Origin: Octopus vulgaris
Taxonomy: Eukaryota
NCBI GenBank assembly: GCA_951406725.2
Contig: OX597821.1
Location: forward strand, 13,950,001-14,014,000
DNA: 64,000 bases
Reading direction: 5' to 3'
The notes under the pieces were generated by a model, which was not told the origin of the DNA, searched no databases, and saw only the letters and a program-made list of their open reading frames with translations. Both the position numbers and the translations under genes were made by a program. This document shows positions 24,224 to 37,900 of the stretch, piece by piece (within the stretch, counting starts at the first letter, position 1; each line of letters opens with the position of its first letter).

Positions 24224-27200
24224 ATTTGTAATTTTGTTTCTGTATCTCCTTATCATTCAATTTATTTTACCTGATATTGTTTATACCAATTATAAAGGTA
24301 GCAAGCAGGCACAGCCATTAGTATATTGGACAAAATGCTTACTGGCATTTCTTCCAACTCTTTATGTTCAGAGTTTTAATTCTGCCAAGGTCAACCATAC
24401 TTTACATCCTTTCAGGATTAATAAAATAAAGTACCAGTAAAGTACTGAAGTCAATGAAATTAATTTGCACCCTCCCTTCAAAGCTGCCGGCCTTGTGCCA
24501 AAATTAGAAAGACTTATTTATACAGGTTACGATGGGAACATATGCTTCATACATGAGTAGGCTTGTGTTGCAAACTATCACTTTGTTCTTTCAGAATCCA
24601 ATGAAAAGTTCCCCCTTTTTTCTTTAATTCAGCTATAGTTGGGACAGCCACACGTAACCACTTAACCTTTTAGTTACTGTATTTATTTTGAGATGCAATG
24701 CGCTTCTTTCAATTACTTAAAATATAGCAAAGAATTTAGTAAAATAACATCGTTATCATTAAGCTAGAGTTAGGGATGTAAATTATGACTCAGGTTTGGT
24801 GGAAGATTTTAATGCAAAACTTATGAAAACAAGACATTTGTACTCAGAGCCAGAGCTGGTTTCAGCCAGGTTGGTAACGAACGGGTTAATAGCAAGCTGG
24901 CAGAATCATTAGAGGGTCAGAAACACTGCTTTACAGCATTTCTTCTGACTCTTTAGGCACCCAGTTCAAATCCTATGGTGGTCAGCTTTACTCTTCATTC
25001 TTTCAGGGTCAACAAAAGGAAGTAGCAGCCAAATATGTAAGCTGACAGTACTGACAACCCCTCTCCATCAAAACATGCTTAAATCAGAAACCAATATAAG
25101 GTGATAAGCCAGCAGAAACATTAGCGAGTTGGACAAAATTCTTAGAATTTCTTTCAGATTTACATTGACATCAAAGTGAACTTCTGCTTTTCATCCTTTT
25201 GCAATCAATAAAATAAGTACCAGCTGATCACTCTAGGGTATGTAATTAACTACCCTCTTCACAGAAAATATCAAACTTTGTCCCTATAGTAGAAAGAATT
25301 AACTCTTTAACATCCAGTTTTATTCTGCCAAATGTAATGCTTATTAAAAAGGGTAAAGACCCCCTTCAATCATGTATGACCATAAGTTTACACCTAGAAA
25401 GTCACCCTCTGAAGCACAAGTCCAGACAAGGTTGTTTAACCCTTTCGTTACTGAATTTATTTTGAGATGCTCAGTCTTTCTTCCAATTATTTTAAATATA
25501 ACAAAGAATTAAGTAAAATAACATCGTTATCATTAAGCTAGAGTTAGGGATGTAAATTATGACTCAGGTTTGGTGGAAGATTTTAATTCAGAACTTTTGA
25601 AAACCAGACATTTGTACTAAAGAGCCAGAGCCGGTTTCAGCCAGGTTGGTAACGAAAGGGTTAAAGACCATCAGCAGTTGCCCATGCATACCAAACCCAC
25701 TCTCCATGCCACCAATTTTATCCAAGGGAAAAAGTAAAGGCCAATACAGTTTGACACCAGTGAAGTCGCAACTCATTTCAACGGCTGAGTGAACTGGAGC
25801 AATGTGAAATAAAGTGTCTTGCTTGAAAACACAACACAGCCCAGTCTAGGAATCAGACTCATTAGTTCATGATTGTGAGCCTGAAGCTCTAACCACTGAG
25901 CTATGCATCTTCACTAATTTATTCACATTGTTTTGAATTAATAGTAAATTATCTCATAGCTTGGAAATTTTGATGGTGTGATTGAATATTTTTAATATGA
26001 CAATGGAGTGTAGATGTGAAAGACCAAAATTAGCCAGTCTAAAACAGGTAGAATATTTGGGCCAGATATGATTGGTTTAAATGCTTAAGGCTAAAATAAA
26101 CAGTCTTAATCCCCATCTATTTATTTTTCAAATACTCTTACTCTTTTACTTGTTTCAGTCATTTGACTGCGGCCATGCTGGAGCACCGCCTTTAGTCGAG
26201 CAACTCGACCCCGGGACTTATTCTTTCGTAAGCCCAGTACTTATTCTATCGGTCTCTTTTGCCGAACCGCTAAGTGACGGGGACATAAACACACAAGCAT
26301 CGGTTGTCAAGCAATGCTAGGGGGACAAACACAGACACACAAACATAGACACGCATACATATATATACATATATACGACAGGCTTCTTTCAGTTTCCGTC
26401 TACTAAATCCACTCACAAGGCTTTGGTCGGCCCGAGGCTATAGTAGAAGACACTTGCCCAAGGTGCCACGCAGTGGGACTGAACCTGGAACCATGTGGTT
26501 GGTAAACAAGCGAGGTATTTTTTCTGAAAATAGTTCTCATTCACATCACTGTTATAAAGATAAGAGCTATCATAACATATAGGCAAATCAAACAAATCAG
26601 ATAGATTTACATTAAACATCCTTTCAAATTACAACACTACCTTAACCCTTTCATTACCAACCCAGCTGAAACTGGCTCGGAGTACAAATGTATTGTTTTC
26701 AAAAGTTTTGAATTAAAATCTTCCACCAAAACCTTAGTCACAATTTAAGTTCCTAACACTAATTGAATGAGAACTAAGTTATTTTACTAAATTCTTTGTT
26801 ATATTTAAAGTAAGTGAAAGAAACACAGAACATCTCAAAATACAATAATGAAAGGGTTAAATTTGATCTTACTATATGTATAACTGTTTAGGGAGTTTGT
26901 GTTTTAACAGGCTATGTATGTGTAAGAGTTAGCACTTCCTTCTCTAAGCCTAGATTTGAAATCGAATCCAAGAATCATCAACCAATGCATGTATAGGCGC
27001 GAAATTTAAGGATCTCTTTGTTCTGTCAAAAAGTGATTGATCATCTCCCTTTGACCTACGACCTCAGCCATGTCAGGCGAAGTTCAACCGGACAAGCGCT
27101 GACCTACTTAGGTAGTAACTCTGTTGCAGTATGTCTATCTTTCTAGCTGCCTCAAATATTATAAATACAACGGGGGGAAAAACAGAGAAGAGAATCGCAG

Positions 27201-28151
27201 TGAAGACGGCAGCAGACAGATCTATATTTCGCCCCGCGTTTTGGAAACGACAGAGAAATGCCTACAGTATCTATCGACTACTGTTTCGAATGATTCACGC
27301 ACACACAAACATATTCATCTTTAATATGTGTTCTATACAAGCAATTCGTAGCAATTGCTTACATTTGTATGTAATAATAATAATAATAATAATAATAATT
27401 GAGTACAGTGCTCAGGTGCACTACAACTCATCTAAAGTGTATATATAATCAGGTGTAGTTTCGACGGATTTCGGGAAGCATGAGGGCCTTAAAGGATGCA
27501 GTGTCATGGCAGTCAACAGTGTACTTATAACCCATGGAAATAAATCCCTTTTTAATCCTGAAACAATTTATGTATTTATTTACGCACACACACATCCACT
27601 ACATATATACAACAACAACAACTAAAGAAATAAGGAATGACATCAAAATATCCAAATCTGTATTATTTATTTCAACCCTTTAGCATTCAAATTACTTTAT
27701 CAGATGTAACACTTATTTATTCAAATTCATTTGAATTAGTCATGTATTTTCTTGTGGATTTGAGATTTCAATGACATGATTGTTTAATTTTAGAATAATA
27801 TTTTAACTCTTTCGTTACCAACCCGACTGAAACCAGCTCTGGCTCTGAGTACAAATGTCTTGTTTCCGTAAGTTTTTAATTAAAATCTTCCACCAAAACC
27901 TTAGTCCCAATTTATGTTCCTAACACTAGCTGAATGATAACCAAGTTATTTTAATAAATTCTTTGTAATATTTAAAGTAATTGAAAGAAACACAGAGCAT
28001 TTCAAAATAAATACAGTAATGAAAGGGTTAAGGTCGCTGTGAGAGGCCAGATTCGGCCAGTTTAAACATAAAACCAATAGAATATTTTGGCCAGATATTG
28101 CCGGTTTAAATGCTAAAAGGTTAAAACAAACAAACATATGGCAGTACTTAC

Positions 28152-28218
28152 CCTGGAAGCTTTTGTGTCAGCCGGTGGGTTGTTAAGAATGTGAATCAAG
28201 GCATCTGAATTTTTACCC
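28152..28218 (-). CDS. ARPC5: ARPC5 coding exon 2 (67 nt)
   Basis: Acceptor TTCCTTAAT-gttgttctctcAG; reads (A)GKNSDALIHILNNPPADTKASR with the conserved NPP..TK motif; GTAAGT donor; phase matches exons 1 and 3. Confidence 0.93.
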
Positions 28219-29484
28219 CTGAGAGAACAACATTAAGGAAAATACAATACTAAATCAATTAAAACATTAATAACCCAAGTTGTGCTATTCTGTTATTGTT
28301 ACTTGTTTTAGTTAGTGGACAGCGGCCATGCTGGGGCACTGTGTTCAAGGGTTGGATCGATCAGATTAATCCCGGTGCTTATTTTCTGAATGCTAGGCCT
28401 CACTAAGGAAATGATAAGGGACTGGGAGATGTGGCAATTTGCTGTAGTTGATATCAAGGTATATCAAGCTAAGTAAATCTGCTGTCTTCCACACATACAG
28501 GCTTAGGTGCTGGTACCACTTAAAAAGCACCCATGCCAGAGCTGCATAAATGCACCCATTTTGAGAGCACATAATAAGCAGCCAGTACACTCTGCTAAGA
28601 GGCTGGCATAAGGAAGGGCATCTCGCCATAGAAAACATGCCACAACAGACAGTTGGAGTTTAGACAGCTCCCTGGCTAGCCAGCTCCATGCCAAGCCATT
28701 CAACCCAGGCCAGCATGGAGAGCAGATGTTATACAATGATGGTGATTTTAAAACCTGGTACTTAATCTCTTCGTCAAATCAGTTACAGGGATTCTCTTTA
28801 ACAAATTGTAGGAAAATTACTGACAATGTTTTGAGAAATGTGAAGCCTTTTCAGGGGTGCCCCCTTTTATTTAGGGGAAATGGATGTCACCTAAATAATT
28901 AAGGCTAAACAAAGACAAGCAGATAATTGAACTCAATTACTCCTACAATGACATGACACAATCAAGAACAGATGCTGTCTTGGCTTTAAAATGGTTGGTT
29001 TTACATAAAATCTTTTTAAGAACATACACATATATATATATAGATATGTGTATCTGTGTGTATATACACATATATACATAAGCCATTGTTTTTGGCACAT
29101 TAAGCATTAACAGTGAGACAAATGTGGCAAACTTGGCAGACATGGGAGTGAGGAGTATTTTGTTCCTTCATTAGGTTACTCAACGTCACACCACATATAC
29201 TCAAATACATATACATACATATACACACACAATGCACAAATATATATATATATATACACACACAATGCACAAATATACACACACACAAATATCCGTGGAA
29301 TAAGCTGCCAGACGAGATGGTGAAGATGCCGACGACCGCTTGATTCAAAGTCTCCCTTGACCTCAAGTGGCCTGAACTCTTTACATGAACACCACCCTGT
29401 ACATAACTCCATGTCCCTTTACATGGCCTTGCTTTTTGCTTTTTGAGCCAAAAAATTAACTAACTAACTAACTAACCTACATGT

Positions 29485-29517
<33 letters not shown>

Positions 29518-29520
29518 GCG

Positions 29521-30617
29521 AGTGAAGGGCAGGTTCTACGATGCTGTTGTTAATGCTGCATGGTGATGAGACATGGGCTTTGAATGCTGAGGACTTTAGA
29601 AGACTAGAAAGAAGTGAAGCGAGTGTGCTTCATTGGATGTGCAATGTGAGTGTGCACGAAAGAATTATTAAAAAAAGTGTTGAATGAAAAAAAACTGGGC
29701 ACAAGAGGAATCGGATGTTGTAGTCAAGAGAGAAGACTGCACTGGGATGGACATATGATGCATATGGATGAGGATAGCTGTATAGAAAGAAGTATGAATC
29801 ACTTCAATGTGGCTGGAACTTGGTGAAGAGGGAGAGACCCAGGAAAGCAGGATGAAGTGGAGAAGGAGGCTGATGTAAAGATCCTAAGCCTGACAGAAGA
29901 TTAATGACCAGGGTTGACATAAGGTTCTAGAAAAGGCGTGTACTGAATGAAACTGAGTTCCGGCAGTACTATGTTTTGTGCTCTTCACCCTCTTACAATG
30001 ATTCCCCACTCCGGTCATCTCCCTCTGATGTCCTCCTAACAGGCAACTGTATCATTTTACTTCTACTGCTCAGCCCATCACACTCTCTTCTACACCCCTC
30101 CATCTTCCCCAACTCTTCAGCTGTACCCATTCCAGCAGTCTACCTCCAAATCCCCCACCTCCTTCCCATACAATCCCACAAAGTGCCCACTCACCCACCC
30201 ACCCATTTCTACTCAACTTGCACCTCATTGTCATTATCCATCTCTTGCAGCTTCTACTCATCATTTTCTCTTCCTTCTCCTCCTTTCCCCAACTAGATGT
30301 GAGTGATCATGCAGATCCCACAAGAACTGGCTTTGCCCCATCCCTTCTCTTAGTAAACCCTTTATCCCCTAGCATGAAGCTGACTCTACCCACCCTTAGG
30401 ATTCATAGTCTTGCAAACTGCATGGCAAACTCAATAGTGCAGGTGGCACGATAAAAAAGCACCAGTCATGCGGTAAAGTGGTCGGCATTAGGAAGGGCAC
30501 ATAGAAATCATGCCAAAGCAGACACTGGAGCAAGATGCAGTCCTTGGACACAGCAGATCCTACCAAACTGTCCAACCCAGGCTAGTATGAAACATGGATG
30601 TTAAACAATGATGATGA
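29521..30617 (+). mobile_element. Decayed 5'-truncated RTE-clade LINE (ORF2 C-terminus plus 3'UTR ending in (GAT)n)
   Basis: Broken reading GRFYDAVV / MLHGDETWALNAEDFRRLERSEASVLHWMCNVSVHER matches the RTE LYG.ETW...W motif; ends in the ..AGGAAGGGCA..GATGATGAT tail shared by many copies here. Confidence 0.75.
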
Positions 30618-30639
30618 TATATATAAGACAGCAAACATG

Positions 30640-31183
30640 AATTTACATGCATACCTTTCCTCCCTTGGACACACAAAGATCTGTTGAGGCAAGCGAAGTC
30701 GATATCGAACCTCATCCGACGACAGGCACCCATGCTTGCGAAGACCTGTTGGGGGCAAGTGAAATCGAAATTGAACCAATCCTATGACTGGCACCCGGCA
30801 GATGCCAGGACCCCTGGACTGGTGGTACGTAAAAAGCACTATCCGAATCGTGGCCGATGCCAGCCCCGCCTCGACTGGCTTTCGTGCCGGTGGCACGTAA
30901 AAAGCACCATCCGAATCGTGGCCGAAGTAAGTGCCGCCGGCACGTAAAAAGCACCAATCTGACCGTGGCTGATGCTAGTCTCGCCTGGCACCTGTGCAGG
31001 TGGCACGTAAAAAGCACCCACTACACTCACAGAGTGGTTGACGTTAGGAAGGGCATCCAGCTGTAGAAACATTGCCAGATAAGACTGGAGCCTGGTGCAG
31101 CCTTCTGGCTTCCCAGATCCCCGGTCGAACCGTCCAACCCATGCTAGTATGGAGAACGGACATTAAACGACGATGATGATGAT
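30640..31183 (+). mobile_element. RTE-related 3'-end fragment with internal GGCACGTAAAAAGCACC tandem units and (GAT)n tail; representative copy
   Basis: Family copies approx. 11776-12258(-), 13502-13830, 19953-20235, 28390-28745, 31830-32272, 35055-35298(-), 35890-36185, 36190-36441, 42000-42174, 53515-53913, 55060-55320(-), 55689-55927(-); common 3' end and variable 5' truncation. Confidence 0.85.
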
Positions 31184-33034
31184 GTTTGTTTGCATTTATC
31201 TACATTTATGTATGTGTCAATATCAAAGTCAGATAGCAATGGTAACACAACTTGACATTAACTTACTCCAGTTATGAATATTAATTCTTAACTGTTTTCG
31301 TTACCAACCCACCAGAAGCTGCCTCTCTCTGTTCAATATACAAAACTGCTTATTGAAAAACTACCATCATAACTTTATATGAAGAACTCTATTAAATTAT
31401 AATATAAACACCAGATAATTTTTATTGAAAAATCCTTGATTATCTCCCACCACCTACTACACAAATAAGAGTTAATTAATTACTTAGATGACTTAGTTTG
31501 CTAAAGTTCAACTCATCTTTTTGGAACAATAAAGACCACAATACCACCATTTTTATTGAGATAAAAACAGTTCTAACTCCTGTGCCCATAATTTTTCAAA
31601 TGCCAAACAGCAGCTCTCTCTTCCCTGGTATAATAAATATATATATAGAGAGAGAGACACATCTATTTAATAACACTGTAACAAAATTTCATTTAAAAAA
31701 AAATTTTTTGTCTTTGGTCATTAAGTGTTATTTTCTATTTGCTTCTATCAAGAAATCAAAGGAAACGACTACTATTCTCTTCAAACTTTGCTTTTGTGAC
31801 CTGGACATCAATGTTTTGAAACTGAATTGGAATCAAAATTGAACCAATCCTATGACTGGCACCCGGCAGATGCCAGGACCCCTGGACTGGTGGTACGTAA
31901 AATGCACTATCCAATTCGTGGCCGATGCCAGCGCCGCCTCGACTGGCTTCCGTGCCAGTGGCACGTAAAAAGCACCATCCGAATCGTGGCCGATACCAGT
32001 GTCGCCTCGACTGGCTTCTGTGCCGGTGGCACGTAAAATGCACCAATCCGACCGTGGCCGTTGTCAGCCTCGCCTGGCACCTGTGCACATGGCACGTAAA
32101 ATGCACCCACTACACTCGCAGAGTGGTTGGCGTTAGGAAGGGCATCCAGCTGTAGAAACACCGCCAGATAAGACTGGAGCCTGGTGCAGCCTTCTGGCTT
32201 CCCAGATCCCCGGTCGAACCGTCTAACCCATGCTAGCATGGAGAACGGACGTTAAATGATGATGATGATGATTTCAGACAGATTCAGCACCAAACTGCTG
32301 AAGAAGAAATATCATTACAGCAAATATTCTGCACAATACTTCAGATTTGCTTGTCAGTTGCTTGACCATAACCACTATGGCTGACAATATATGAATCTCT
32401 GATCATGAGCAGTGGTGAGGGAGCATCATAGCCATGTGTTGAGAAGGATTTTTGGGGGTTTGGATAAATGTAACAAAAGCAAAGCTTGAAGGAAAATATT
32501 AGCCATTTTCATACTTTCTAGGGATAAACAAACAGGAAATAACAGTTGCTGCCCAAGGACAAAAATTGTGCTACAAAGTATAATTAGTCTAAATCAGCAC
32601 AACCCCTTTTAACAAATGGAGTTTCACAAATACCCCTTTCCAATGTTTTTGACTCCACCCAACAAAAATTCAAGCAGATTGCTTTAACTTTTTGAATATG
32701 GAAAGTAGATATATCTCCTTAAAATCTTAATACTGTTAACTGCAGAAAGTGATCTTGATCCACATATCTGAAAACACCACTCGCTATCCTGAGAGCAGTG
32801 AAGACAAACCTAGTGACAGTTTATACTCTCACTTTTACTTGTTTCAGTCATTTGACTGCGGCCATGCTGGAGCACTGCTTTTAGTCGAGCAAATCGACCC
32901 CAGGACTTATTCTTTGTAAGCCTAGTACTTATTCTGTCGGTCTCTTTTGCCGAACTGCTAAGTTATGGGGACATAAACACACCAGCATCAGTTGTCAAGC
33001 GATGTTGGGGGGACAAACACAGACACACAAACAT

Positions 33035-33077
<43 letters not shown>

Positions 33078-33921
33078 CAACGGGCTTCTATCAGTTTCCA
33101 TCTACCAAATCCACTCACAAGGCTTTGGTCGGCCCGAAGTTATAGTATAAGACACTTGCCCGAGGTGCCATGCAGTGGGACTGAACCCCAAACCATGTGG
33201 TTGGTAAGCAAGCTACTTACCACACAGCCACTCTTGCACCTATACAAGAGAGAATTTTTCAGATTCTCTTAATTTGATCATATATTTCATCAAATATCTC
33301 TTTATTGAGCAAAAATTAAATACTTTTAGTGGCTATGGAAACTGTACCTAGGAGCTACTGAAAAAGTATTGCAGAAGCAAAAAATATCAATTCTAATTTT
33401 TTTTTGTATGTGGATAATATCATTATTACAAGAATGATCATGAAATTTAATTACACAGTTAAAGAGTCAATCGAACAAGTTAATTTAGTGCAATGGTTTA
33501 TTATTCATATTTTCTTATACTACCCCAGTGACTCTTCTCAGATATTTGCACAAACTAGTACCTCGTTACTAAATTGTTGTGGAAATTATTAAAGAAAAAA
33601 GAGGACTTATGTATATAATGAAAATATATTGAATTGTGGTGAATAATTAATCCTTATTCTAAGTTCAAACCATCCAGATCCAGCCTCTCACACCTACCCT
33701 ACAATCACATTTTAAAATCAAGTTATTTGCTTACGAACAACATAATTTCATCGCCATAGGCGCAGGAGTGGCTGTGTGGTAAGTAGCTTGCTTACCAACC
33801 ACACGGTTTTGTGTTCAGTCCCACTGCGTGGCACCTTGGGCAAGCGTCTTCTACTATAGCATCGGGCCGACCAAAGCCTTGTGAGTGGATTTGGTAGACG
33901 GAAACTGAAAGAAGCCCGTCG

Positions 33922-33953
<32 letters not shown>

Positions 33954-34668
33954 TGTGTGTGTTTGTGTGTCTGTGTTTGTCCCCCTAGCATTGCTTGACA
34001 ACCGATGCTGGTGTGTTTATGTCCCCGTTACTTAGCGGTTCGGCAAAAGAGACTGATAGAATAAGTACTGGGCTTACAAAAGAATAAGTCCCGAGGTCGA
34101 GTTGCTCGATTAAAGGCGGTGCTCCAGCATGGCCGCAGTCAAATGACTGAAACAAGTAAAAGAGTAAAAGAGTATATGCTCATCTCAAAGATATTTTCTA
34201 AATGAGTTTAAAATAGGCACAGGCATAGCTGTGTGATAAGTTTGCTTCCCAACCACATGGTTCTGGGTTCAGTCCCACGGCATGGCATCTTGAACAAGTG
34301 TCTTCTACTATAGCCTTGGGCCAACCAAAACTTTGTGAGTGGATTTGGTAGACAGAAACTGAAAGAAGCCTTTCATGTGTGTGTGTGTGTGTTGGTATGT
34401 TTGTATCCCCGTAACTTAGCAGTTTGGCAAAAGAGACCAAAAGAATAAATATCAGGCTTAAAAAAAAGTACAGAATTTGATTCATTTTAGTAAAAAGTCT
34501 TCAAGGTGCTGCCCCAGTATGGCCAGTCTAATGACTGAAACAGTAAAAGAGAAAAGACAAGTACTGTACCAAAGTTTGAATAATTTATTTCTGAGAACCA
34601 TCTCCCACCAGCCTAAGCACCTAGCATGCCCACCATAACACTTTTTTGACATTCACTACCCCTTATAA

Positions 34669-34991
34669 CAAGGTTTCTCAACCATTTATCAATGGACCCG
34701 TTTAATTACTTCTTTATTCTGGTGGACCCTCATAACCATTCAATGTTTAAAAACTCATTTTTATAGAAACTTCTTTCAAAATTCTTATTTTGTTTTACAC
34801 ACATTCTCTTGTGTAGGTTGAACTGTGTAAAAGGTTAGAGAAAGAAACTAAGCTATTTTTTTGCAATCCTTACTAATACATATGTCTAAAACAATATTGT
34901 GGGTCCCCAATTTACTATTTTGCTGCATAGACTCCCAAAACTTATTACAGAGACCCTTAGGGACCACATAGACCCCAGTTGAGAACCACTG
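34669..34991. mobile_element. hAT-type MITE, second family
   Basis: Imperfect TIRs CAAGGTTTCTCAAC / GTTGAGAACCACTG; 8-bp TSD CCTTATAA on both sides. Confidence 0.82.
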
Positions 34992-37900
34992 CCTTATAAG
35001 TTCCCAATGATCCTAAGGGAATACTTCCACCTAAGATAAAAACCACTGATTGAAATCATCATCATCGTTTAGCATCCGCTTTCCATGCTGGCATGGGTTG
35101 GACGGTGCAACTGGGGTCTGGGAAGCCAGAAGGCTGCACCAGGCCCAGTCTGATCTGGTAATGTTTCTAAGGCTGGATGCCCTTCCTAACGCCAACCACT
35201 CCGTGAGTGTAGTGGGTGCTTTTTACGTGCCACCTGCACAGGTGCCAGACAAGTCTGGCAAACGGCCACGATCGGATGGTGCTTTTTACGTGCCACCGTA
35301 GGTTTAGGAAAACGAAATAGAAAAACACACACACAGACAGTAACTCCAAATAAACTCAGTGACTATAAAGCAGACAGAAATAGACCGACTCTCTGGCAAA
35401 ACAAATCACTCTATTGTGCTGGGTGTCAGTGCATAACAATAATAAACTCAGTCTTACTAACAACAACTTATCTAGCAAAAGATAGCTAATTAAATAGCTT
35501 CCTGCCTCCCATTTCACAATCTTTCTCCTCTCCTCATCCCTTGCTGCATAAATGGTCAATATCACTAAATATACACATCCTTTTTAATTACTATTAATGG
35601 CTTTTGAACAGCAACAATATTCCATCACCACCATTTACAATAAATATACTTAGCTGCTGCCATGTCCATCATCATCACCACCACTATCACCACAAACCAT
35701 CACTAAGTGAATGGGCAGGCTGTTAGAATGTCAGATAAAAAGTATTGTGGTATTAGTTTCAGATTTTTTGTTTGTTTTTTGGGTTGTTGTTTTTTTTGTT
35801 TTTTGTTTTTTTTTGTAGAGTTCAAATTCTGCCAAGATTCAACTTTGCCTTTCATTTTTTTGAGAGGTCAATAAAAAGTGTTGAGGACCGAGATATGTGG
35901 TGCATTGCTGTACTCAAGAAGACCTGCTCACCACAACAGAACTGAGATCCTAAAACCAAGGTGCCACATAAAAAGCACTGGTGCTAGTGCCATGTAAACA
36001 GCATTGGTGACAGTGCTATGTAAAAAGCACTCACTGCACTCTGTGGAGTGGTTGGCCATAGGAAGAGCATCCAGCTGTAGAAATTAAGCCAAAACAGACT
36101 ATGGAACCTGGTGTGCTCCCTGACCATGCCAGTTCCTGTCAAGCTGTCTAACCCATGCCAATGGTGAAAACAGACATTAAATGTTGATCAGCTGGCTTCC
36201 GTGCCGGTGGCACGTTAAAAGCACCAACCGATCGTGGTTGATGCTGGACCCCACTGGCACGTAAAAAGCACCCACTACACTCGCGGAGTGGTTGGCGTTA
36301 GGAAGGGCATCCAGCTGTAGAAACTCTGCCAGATCAGACTGGAGCCTGGTGCAGCCTTCTGGCTTCCCAGATCCCCGGTCGAACCGTCCAACCCATGCTA
36401 GTATGGAGAACGGACGTTAAACGATGATGATGATGATGATGAAGATTATCCAAAGTGACTGATAGAAGGAACAGTAAGAATGTCAAACCAGATATCTTGT
36501 GGTCTCAATTCTGTGACTACAAATCTCATCAAGGCCAATTTTACCTTGCATCTTTGTTTTTTTTCTTTTTTATGATAAAAAAACAGTAATCCAAAGCAGT
36601 GGATTAGTAGAAGTGTAAGAATGTCAGACCAGTTGCCATTGTGGCACTTGTACTGGTTCTTGGCACTTTTAGTTCAAATCCTGCCATGGCCTACATCAGT
36701 GGTAAACTTAACCCATCACTTGAGTGCCAATAGCAGAATTCATTCTGCTGCAACTATTTTAGGCCAGGACTCTGGTATGAAGATATTTTTCTCCCTCCTT
36801 ACACGAACTTCAGAGGTCCTCCAAAGAGTCATGGACACTCCTGATTAATAGATAAAAAAAAAAAAGAATATGGGGGACAAAAAGAAAACACTAACAAATT
36901 ATAAGAATTTGCCTCATTGCATGTACATGAAACAGATGTGAGACATTTGGTGTAAGAGAAGGATTAGATCTTATGTAGCCACTATTGATATCATCATCAA
37001 CCTGAACTCTGTCCAGTCAATAGCGATTCTCTATGCAGTTACTTGACTCTCTAAAAATAGCAGCCACATAAATCTTCCTCCAAGCAAATTGTCTTAAACA
37101 CATTAGATAAAGTAATCCTTCATACACTATTCATGAACAAAAGACAGTGTGTTAAAAGATGGAATGTCTTTGATCATAGGTCTGCTGGATCAGAGCTGAC
37201 CAAGGGTTAAACAACAACATCAACAGTATCAGTTTTATGTCAACATCCAAATGGCTTTATTTAGCCTTCAGAACAGGAATTCTAATACTGTATCCTTCCT
37301 CTATCAGATCATTTGAGTAGCTGTGTGGTAAGTAGCTTGCTTACCAACCACATGGTTCCGGGTTCAGTCCCACTGCAGCATGGTACCTTGGGCTAGTGTC
37401 CTCTACTATAGCCTCAGGCCGACCAAAGCCTTGAGAGTGGATTTGGCAAACGGAAACTGAAAGAAGCCCATCGTGTACATATGTGTGTGTGTGTGTGTGT
37501 GCATGTGTATGTTTGTGTGTCTGTGTTTGTCGTCCCCCCAACATCGCTTGACAACCGACGCTGGTGTGTTTACGTCCCCATCACTTAGTAGTTCGGCAAG
37601 AGAGACCGATAGAATAAGTACTAGGCTTACAAAGAATAAGTCCTGGGGTCGATTTGCTCGACTAAAGGCGGTGCTCCAGCATGGTCGCAGTCATATGACT
37701 GAAGCAAATAAAAGAATAAAAGAAAAAGAATCCTAACACTAAAAATTCTAGTTTTCGGATTACTCTGTCAAATGTAATGCTTAATCATTTGCATTGTTTT
37801 GAATCAGCCATGCGTTGGCTCACAGCTGTGAAATTTCCCATGATGTGACTCTTCACTTTAGGAATGATATCGTAGGGTAGGTGTAAGAGGCTGGATTTGG

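Noticed and set aside
30735-30760. GAAGACCTGTTG(A/G)G resembling the LSU rRNA motif GAAGACCCTGTTGAG
   Set aside because: Short imperfect match inside a repeat family, with no flanking rRNA similarity.
30820-31020. CRISPR-like pattern of ~20-bp repeats with 30-50-bp spacers
   Set aside because: Eukaryotic context, spacers homologous to each other, no cas genes; these are internal repeats of a retroelement 3' end.
35215-35298. HDV-like ribozyme at the shared 5' truncation point
   Set aside because: I could not build a 7-bp P1 or the P1.1/P3 nested pseudoknot.
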